In this document: piece after piece, positions 27,701-32,000 of the stretch | Position numbering within the stretch: the stretch's first letter is position 1 | How the letters are laid out: the number at the start of each line of letters is the position of its first letter | NCBI RefSeq assembly: GCF_000283555.1 | Contig: NC_016012.1 | Coordinates: 475,497-507,496, forward strand | Reading direction: 5' to 3' | Source: Candidatus Arthromitus sp. SFB-rat-Yit | Lineage (GTDB): Bacteria; Bacillota; Clostridia; Clostridiales; Clostridiaceae | Length of the DNA stretch: 32,000 bases | Notes under the pieces: model-generated | Databases searched by the model: none | The model's input: only the letters and a program-made list of their open reading frames with translations | Told to the model about the DNA's origin: nothing | Position numbers and translations under genes: made by a program

Positions 27701-27885
27701 ACCAAATAGTAGTTAACAGAGAATATGATGAAGGAGGATTGAATTATTGGATAGGTGAATATAGAAACACATATTTACCACAAGCTAATAATGATAGTTA
27801 TGAGGCACAAAAAGCTATAGTTGCAAGAATGTTACATGAGCAAGAGTTCAAAGATTTGTGTAACAAAATGGGTATCTTGTGGTAA
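21796..27885 (+). CDS. Giant secreted/surface protein with unique N-terminal region, alternating FN3-like modules and C-terminal DUF4214 (about 2029 aa)
   Basis: ATG 21796 with GGAGGAG SD; signal peptide MKTCMKKFIINLMILIFLFELIPLGDMG. Modules with WxYP signatures at 23851, 24475, 25093, 25759 (VEYP), 26383 and 26977. Confidence 0.88.
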   Translation: MKTCMKKFIINLMILIFLFELIPLGDMGIKLGFVEKSSAYYTQLDSVAPGYVISAEEGGIVFDLSQRLSSSMSVESFSIKNMNPEQQKKDLKEESSDGVRWLTKDEMINGHIYEIESKIYDSEIDKTLTFINSFKFTDKNTAYNPKVSFSNFDANRMITQDVFFDFSNCKELINNSNRLDLEILNSDLTKAEIDSVFVDKNDLVNAGYRYKLSRAASIFKPNKDYIIRLNADGVIWDKMISCSLKANPTLVENIRPTEIDFKYYAKQRNLFIPTLDFGICKTFTDRHHVEVKIILSNSKKGLVPVEVTGEIPRLAEINIPEEYCSTIIPSDIRVYFSDKYTGALLAEYLFQVTFKEGGCFMWTGLSYYGEKDISGYQITKITPVHEENDTTTVPHSWDEFPRAHYITLYDNKLENQIGGEYRFDVTKTKYEYVGAEQNVKGANFKVPFKDMRQGFNSYNFKFESSNRYPEWGYAYIPFGFYADIVEIKDLDIEVKDLKVNSSGKYDFSFELKNQNVITGDKMSIIDDNGKEYIANVNTSKRFNFKDIPLVFGGKYVVTYNKISSLFHFKSTDMSILFNPVVIGTSSNGQNVVEIDFDKKYEKILNSDRMKNRIRILHMNGNSTGNEFTDFNVGKHKFTLSSGLTEGQNYIVEFSNSKEETYKTTFQYTTMKLDLSDVTGTTAKLNWEYPSNYLITDGDVLNIYFKKEDANYPAIPDAKIMHGFQGIDFNDVTTYTIRNMSPNINYVAKLELVTNEGMTYVDETEFVTSTFKILNEEIEGISEDGTVNSKSINFKWDINLGDIEFNAGDKVELFLKLRSHNAFPKTPVSTIDQDLNRNKRIKFDVSNYYEDYSAKIVYTIGGVRHTSKVLNFSVEPEKLELSVNDITDYSAVVNWKYPEGINIENNHEIRVYLRKAGDLDYRLEKTYKQSETSLKDVTKYKFDKLRFETTYQVKLVYKVGDKQVAGVSEDVTQDIEIEFRTESFVINNLRFEKDMNNLVNVMWNLKNDNYPYVNGDSVELFLKERGAPSQNYKKFQYATGNISAVRAFNIMIPKFNVDYDMKLTYTLGGKQVSAYGNCRLDMGDIGFNVDEITDTKIKVSWTYPDNYSISNNDKIEVSLKNLEDGNNVESESKTQNYDNNNTTMIKDFKEKEFTLTKDKMYEVKIRFSSVYAEPIEKSFKFKATSGFQILGLVGKSLDSKSFKLEWDFYNNNEEFDSNSKIEILYKEEPKGSSQDASQDNNVEDKLFENVNPVSTRTGSELKEFKSYVVEGLDVNKNYLFRVRYTITGDSGKVVYKDLVGKTEARKITSSVIDTQPTGVKISVEYPENYEILEGDILDIFIRRKEETNYSVNPNFTGKHGSGEDDVDLNEVTVLDILGLSPNKEYFSKVVFWPDGGSGIKQEMELSFKTDVVEGIGEVIIGDVLDYVVKVGIKMEPDELILSDKDSCKVFIKKKDQTHYPDKSNGEIRGDIFNEEKFISAYFDELNAEYDVKVIVNIGGNEFEKETSFVSKIDDFNIDVKEINPMTTQVEWRYPNNYTLVDGESIQIFIKYQDEDDFLSEPDLELIQSDDLNLSDINLVELYSLIPDTRYEVKVKLNLLEADVKPVIKEFTTTVFEIENLEIQDISSDGMSIKWDLSTEELDFIDEYDNLSVFIKNSNEEDYDFSNPVAEFTEGLNDIRSISFQTEDSIADVDIYLSYLIEDYEAAMEISYTAIDLNVEVQQEGVLVEWTYPPGIEFEKDDRLDIYLKHANKSGYKTEPNFRYTNGKDGDLSELNEIFFKRLGIGNYVMKFSLITSDMRYNPIEIEFNVQDQDVVGTELKFNGKSSNRKIELDIVGDNEFDYEKGFNINPEGLDLEIDEVRNKFIVKNLVPGKDYKNIVITFYTEEDDEINFVVKNVKINPENLLQEFITNIYKFAFERYPDEEGYGYWLGRLLEKGEVTGKFVLYNLMFAEREFSERNLSDDELIKVLYQIVVNREYDEGGLNYWIGEYRNTYLPQANNDSYEAQKAIVARMLHEQEFKDLCNKMGILW
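23811..27240 (+). repeat. Alternating A/B beta-sandwich modules, super-repeat about 200 aa
   Basis: W/V-x-Y-P positions of A modules are spaced 624, 618, 666, 624 and 594 nt apart, with a B-type module (KWD..EFxxxDKVEI...KIVYTIGG) between each pair. Confidence 0.8.
27492..27882 (+). other. DUF4214 domain of the second giant protein
   Basis: ENLLQEFITNIYKFAFERYPDEEGYGYWLGRLLEKGEVTGKFVLYNLMFAEREFSERNLSDDELIKVLYQIVVNREYDEGGLNYWIGEYR...KAIVARMLHEQEFKDLCNKMGILW. Confidence 0.85.
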
Positions 27886-27889
27886 TATA

Positions 27890-27925
27890 TTAACCATCAA
27901 TTTATATTGATGGTTAATTTTTTTT
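27890..27925 (+). terminator. Rho-independent terminator after the giant gene pair
   Basis: TTAACCATCAAT (27890-27901), loop TTAT, ATTGATGGTTAA (27906-27917), then an uninterrupted T tract. Confidence 0.9.
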
Positions 27926-28053
27926 GAGTAGAGTATGAAATTTTTGTAATAAATAAGATGAATATATTTGGTAAAAAATAGTAATGAGATTGGAGGAATT
28001 ATTATATAAAGCAAGATATTAAATGATTGAATAACAAATGTAGGAGGTGCCTT

Positions 28054-28560
28054 ATGAATATTGTAACAATTAATATAAACGGTATAGAGTATAAGTTAAA
28101 AGGTGAGGAGTCAGAGGAATATTTAAATAATATAGCAAGAGAAGTGGATGATAAAATAAAAGAAATGATGACAAAAAATGTAAATCTTACTGCACAATCT
28201 TCGTCTATATTATTGGCAATAAATTATTGTGATCAATTATATAAATACAGGACTGAAAAAGAAGATTTAAATAATAGCATTGAAAATTGTAATGTTAAAA
28301 TACAATCTCTTATTGATGAAAAAAATGAACTTAAAGAGAGAATGATACATATTGAAAGTGAAAATTCTAAACTTAAATTAATAAATAAAAATCTCGAAGA
28401 GGAGATAGAGGCGTATAATACTGTTTTGAAAGAAGATAATAAAAACATATTTTCAGATAATAACGAAATTGAGGAATTGGAAAAAGAGATAGAGCTTCTC
28501 AATGAAACTGTAAGAAAACTTAAGGAAGAAAATGTTAAACTACAAGATAAGTTAAAATAA
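28054..28560 (+). CDS. zapA: Cell division protein ZapA-like, with extended C-terminal coiled coil
   Basis: MNIVTININGIEYKLKGEESEEYLNNIAREVDDKIKEMM...LTAQSSSILLAINYCDQLYK typical of ZapA. AGGAGGT SD supports ATG 28054 over 28027. Confidence 0.85.
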   Translation: MNIVTININGIEYKLKGEESEEYLNNIAREVDDKIKEMMTKNVNLTAQSSSILLAINYCDQLYKYRTEKEDLNNSIENCNVKIQSLIDEKNELKERMIHIESENSKLKLINKNLEEEIEAYNTVLKEDNKNIFSDNNEIEELEKEIELLNETVRKLKEENVKLQDKLK

Positions 28561-28634
28561 AAAACCTTTTAATCATTATCAATATTTTGAAGAATTTTAG
28601 TAAATACTAAAAAGATAATGAGGAGGTATTGAAA

Positions 28635-29219
28635 ATGAATTTATCTAATAGTCAAACTAAGGAAAATTTAATGAGGGCATTTGCCGGTGAATGTCAAGCA
28701 CATGTGCGATATGATTTTGGAGCTAATCTAGCAAGAAAAGAAGGTTTCTATGTTATTGAAAAGGAAATTAGAGTTATTGCCATGCAAGAGATAGCACATG
28801 CTAATGTATTTTATAAATTTTTGAAAGGTTTTAATACTCAATATATAACATTGCAAGGTGCGGCATATCCTGTTGACTTGTATGATAAGACATTGGATTT
28901 TTTGAAAGCTTCTCATGAAAGAGAATTGGAAGAGCATGATAACATATATAAAAGTTTTTCTGATATAGCTGTTAAAGAAGGATTTAATGATATAAGTTAT
29001 AAATTTAAAGAAATTAGTGAAGTTGAAAAATTACATGCAGATAAATTCATTAAAATATATAACGATTTATCTAGTGGTATGATGTTTAAGAAAAATGTTA
29101 AGACAAAATGGTTTTGTACAAATTGTGGTCATGTTCATGATTCTGAGGATGCACCAGAATATTGTCCTGTTTGTGCTCATCCACGTGGATATTTTACGCC
29201 ATACATTAACCAATCTTGA
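28635..29219 (+). CDS. Rubrerythrin
   Basis: Ferritin-like domain (FAGECQAHVRYDFGANLARKEG; AMQEIAHANVF) plus rubredoxin-like CTNCGHVHDSEDAPEYCPVCAHPRGYF. AGGAGGT SD before ATG 28635. Confidence 0.93.
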   Translation: MNLSNSQTKENLMRAFAGECQAHVRYDFGANLARKEGFYVIEKEIRVIAMQEIAHANVFYKFLKGFNTQYITLQGAAYPVDLYDKTLDFLKASHERELEEHDNIYKSFSDIAVKEGFNDISYKFKEISEVEKLHADKFIKIYNDLSSGMMFKKNVKTKWFCTNCGHVHDSEDAPEYCPVCAHPRGYFTPYINQS

Positions 29220-29225
29220 TTTAAT

Positions 29226-29268
29226 TTAAGAGTATGATGATATTTCTATCATACTCTTAATTTTTTTT
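29226..29268. terminator. Bidirectional intrinsic terminator overlapping the end of the CDF gene
   Basis: TTAAGAGTATGAT (29226-29238) pairs with ATCATACTCTTAA (29248-29260), followed by a T run. Confidence 0.85.
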
Positions 29269-30165
29269 TAGAGCATTTGTAAATGTTATAAAAATTTGAG
29301 TATTTATAACTTTTGAATTAATTAGTTTTTTTAATTTATGTCTTAATGTGTCTAATTCATCTATGGAAAATTTACCGTTTAAACTTAATGTGATGTAGAT
29401 TTCTGTAAATTTACCGAGTTTTGATATAAAAATATCGTAGATTTTAATTTCTGGATAATTATAGTTAATTAATGATGCAAGTTCTTGTTCAGATTTGTAA
29501 TGGATTCTTTTATAAGTTAGGATATTGATTTGATTTTTTAAAAGTTTTATTGGTTGATATGCAAAGAACATAGTTAAAATGATAACAAGAATTGCATCTG
29601 AGATTGGAAATAGAGGTTTAAGAAAGGGTATTACATTAAATAAAATAAATGCAATAGATGTACCGAGGCTAAGTAGTGCGTCAATATTTGCACCGATTGC
29701 TTCAGATTTTAATACTTCTGAGCAATTATTGATTTTTTTGTTATAATGTTTATAAATTAAATATAAAGCAAAACAGAGAATGGTCATTAATGTCCCGTTA
29801 AGGATGATTAATTTTAAATTTACTTCAGGAATTTGGTTCGGATTAGAAATAAATGCAGAAATAGTTGTTATGCTTGAGAAAATAGATGAAACGAGAAGTA
29901 TTATTATAAGAATTGATTTAAATAATACATAAAGAGTTTCTTTACTATATTGTCCCAAAGGATACTGTTTTCTGCTTGAGGTTTCTATATCTTTAGAGAT
30001 TTTTATTGCTACTACAACAGAAATAAATTGTATGAATGAAAATAATCCATCTATTAATACGGCTTTTGATTTTGAAAATATAAACAAAATAATTCCTATA
30101 ATAGTCATTAATAGGTTTAATAGGTTGCCACGTTTTAATGCTTTTTGTTCAATTGATAAATCCAT
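29257..30165 (-). CDS. Cation diffusion facilitator (CDF) family transporter
   Basis: Multiple TM helices with LIDGLFSFIQFISVVVAIKISKDIE and SEAIGANIDALLSLGTSIAFI, plus a C-terminal cytoplasmic ferredoxin-like domain. Confidence 0.8.
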   Translation of the reverse strand: MDLSIEQKALKRGNLLNLLMTIIGIILFIFSKSKAVLIDGLFSFIQFISVVVAIKISKDIETSSRKQYPLGQYSKETLYVLFKSILIIILLVSSIFSSITTISAFISNPNQIPEVNLKLIILNGTLMTILCFALYLIYKHYNKKINNCSEVLKSEAIGANIDALLSLGTSIAFILFNVIPFLKPLFPISDAILVIILTMFFAYQPIKLLKNQINILTYKRIHYKSEQELASLINYNYPEIKIYDIFISKLGKFTEIYITLSLNGKFSIDELDTLRHKLKKLINSKVINTQIFITFTNALKKN

Positions 30166-30313
30166 TTTATCACCTTAATTTTTATTTGTAATTTTATTTG
30201 TAATTATTTTAACATATTTTGGTGATGGTGTTCAAAAATAAAGTTAAAAAGTTTATTTTGTGGTAGAATATCGTAAGGTGTATTTTTAAACAATTTATTG
30301 GAGGTTATTAATT

Positions 30314-31669
30314 TTGTTTTTTGTGAAGGATAAGAATTTTTATAGAAAAATATTAACTATAGCTGTACCTATAACTTTACAAAGTCTTATAACTTTTGCA
30401 ACTAATATGATGGACACAATAATGGTTGGAAGTCTTGGTGAGATAGCTTTATCAGCAGCTTCACTATCAGGACAGATCTTTTTTGTACTTAGTGTTCTAT
30501 GTTTTGGAATAGGGGGAGGAGGGGCTGTTTTAACTTCTCAGTTTTGGGGTAAAAATGATACAAAATCAATTTCAAAAACACTATCAATAACGATTAAGTT
30601 AAGTTTGATAGTTGGAATTGTAGCTATGATACTTGCTTTAACCATTCCTGATAAATTACTTGGATTTTATATAAATGATTCAAATGTTATACAAGCAGGT
30701 GTTTCTTATTTGAGATTGGCATCGCTTATTTATCCACTTTTTGCGGTATTAACGATAACATCTATAATACTTAGGACAACATCACAGATTAAGATTTCTG
30801 TTTTAGGTAATAGTATAGCGTTTATACTCAATGTGATTTTTAATTATATTTTTATATTTGGTAAATTTGGAATGCCACAGATGGGTTTAACAGGAGCAGC
30901 AGTTGGTACAGTAATTTCAAGAATTGTTGAATTTTGTATAATACTTGGATATTTATTTTTTATAGAAAAGAACTTAAAGTTTAGAATTAAGGATTTATTT
31001 AGTTTTGATAGAGAAATATTTGTAAAATATCTCAAAAGTGGAATCAATGTTTTAATAAGTGATGCATTATTGGTTGCTGGATTGACAAGCCTCACAATGA
31101 TACTCGGAAGGCTTGGGCCTGAAATGATTGCAGCAAATAGTATTTGTAGTATAGTAATTCAACTATCCACAGTTTTTATAAATGGAATATCGAGTTCAGG
31201 TCTTGTTATAATAGGAAATACAATTGGAGAAGGTAAATTTTCACTTGCAAAAGAACAGTCAAGAACTTTTTTGTTAATTTCTATAATAGTTGGTATGGTA
31301 GCATCACTTTTAATTATGGTAACGAAGCATTTTATTATAGATTTTTATAATGTTGAGCAGGTAACAAAAGATATAGCTTATGAATTAATGAATGGTGCAA
31401 TATTTATTATAATTTTCCAGGTTCCATCTTCTGTTTTAACAAAAGGGATTTTGCGTGGAGGAGGAGATACGAAATTTTTGGTGTTTGCAGATGTTTTATT
31501 TTTATGGTTGTTGTCGATACCACTTGGAATGTTAGCAGCATTTGTATTTAAATTTTCACCAGCTATTATATATATTTGTTTAAAATTTGATGAAATAATA
31601 AAAGCTATTTGGTGTACTTTGAGAATGATGGGTAATAAATGGATCAAAGATGTTACTGTAAAAATTTAA
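30314..31669 (+). CDS. MATE family efflux transporter
   Basis: AVPITLQSLITFATNMMDTIMVGSLGEIALSAASLSGQIFF, GAAVGTVISRIVE, TKGILRGGGDTKF. GGAGG SD about 10 nt before TTG 30314. Confidence 0.93.
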   Translation: MFFVKDKNFYRKILTIAVPITLQSLITFATNMMDTIMVGSLGEIALSAASLSGQIFFVLSVLCFGIGGGGAVLTSQFWGKNDTKSISKTLSITIKLSLIVGIVAMILALTIPDKLLGFYINDSNVIQAGVSYLRLASLIYPLFAVLTITSIILRTTSQIKISVLGNSIAFILNVIFNYIFIFGKFGMPQMGLTGAAVGTVISRIVEFCIILGYLFFIEKNLKFRIKDLFSFDREIFVKYLKSGINVLISDALLVAGLTSLTMILGRLGPEMIAANSICSIVIQLSTVFINGISSSGLVIIGNTIGEGKFSLAKEQSRTFLLISIIVGMVASLLIMVTKHFIIDFYNVEQVTKDIAYELMNGAIFIIIFQVPSSVLTKGILRGGGDTKFLVFADVLFLWLLSIPLGMLAAFVFKFSPAIIYICLKFDEIIKAIWCTLRMMGNKWIKDVTVKI

Positions 31670-31696
31670 CGTGTTTTAATTAGAGAAGGGATTTAT

Positions 31697-32000
31697 ATGG
31701 GGTGTTTATTTAGGATAATTAAATTATTTATAATTTTGCTATTTATTATTCTTATTTTTTGTTTATTAAAAGGGTTTATATTTTACAAAGATACTTTGGA
31801 TAAAATGCCATTAAATGTAAAAGTTAGTCAAATTACTTCAAATAAAGATTATGTAAATATAGAAAATATTTCAGATAGTATGAAAAAATTTATTGTAACT
31901 GTCGAAGATAAGAGATTTTATAGTCACAATGGTATTGATATATCTTCGATATTAGGTTCTGTAATTGGAAATTTATCTGCGGGTTACTATAAATATGGAG
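31697..32000 (+). CDS. GT51 peptidoglycan transglycosylase / class A PBP, 3' truncated by window edge (not in the ORF track)
   Basis: ATG 31697 opens MGCLFRIIKLFIILLFIILIFCLLKG...(TM anchor)...NISDSMKKFIVTVEDKRFYSHNGIDISSILGSVIGNLSAGYYKYG. VEDKRFYSHNGID is the GT51 motif 1 (EDxxFxxHxG). Confidence 0.85.
   Translation, partial: MGCLFRIIKLFIILLFIILIFCLLKGFIFYKDTLDKMPLNVKVSQITSNKDYVNIENISDSMKKFIVTVEDKRFYSHNGIDISSILGSVIGNLSAGYYKYG

Noticed and set aside
17456-27885. Single gene split by a frameshift (giant 1 plus giant 2)
   Set aside because: Each has its own SD, start and signal peptide, and each ends with its own complete DUF4214 domain, so these are two genes.
27832-28014. Minus-strand 60-aa ORF across the terminator after the second giant gene
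   Set aside because: It runs through the terminator hairpin and overlaps the 3' end of the giant gene, with no domain support.
27985-28050. SD-like GGAGG before zapA possibly marking a short leader peptide
   Set aside because: No ATG/GTG start is suitably placed after it and the only possible TTG reading is about 10 codons. Insufficient evidence.

Overview
AT-rich chromosomal window from a low-GC, spore-forming Firmicute. A reduced clostridial genome such as segmented filamentous bacteria / Candidatus Arthromitus is my inference, not shown. In order it contains: an M16C (PreP-like) peptidase open at the left edge; a compact three-gene spore-coat CotS-like kinase operon whose 2nd and 3rd members have lost catalytic motifs; an LMW tyrosine phosphatase; a methyltransferase-like protein; an orphan phage-type DUF2815 protein; a secreted protein made of four exact-period 101-aa repeats; recJ, an orphan PAS-histidine kinase and murG; several small membrane/lipoprotein/TPR proteins; two tandem giant secreted proteins (about 1438 and 2029 aa) built from beta-sandwich (FN3-like) modules that alternate between two subtypes and end in near-matching DUF4214 domains; zapA; rubrerythrin; a CDF transporter; a MATE transporter; and a GT51 transglycosylase/PBP cut by the right edge. 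The giant pair is the strongest candidate for an undescribed surface system. The kinase/pseudokinase spore-coat trio is second. No CRISPR, tRNA, rRNA or transposase was recognised.
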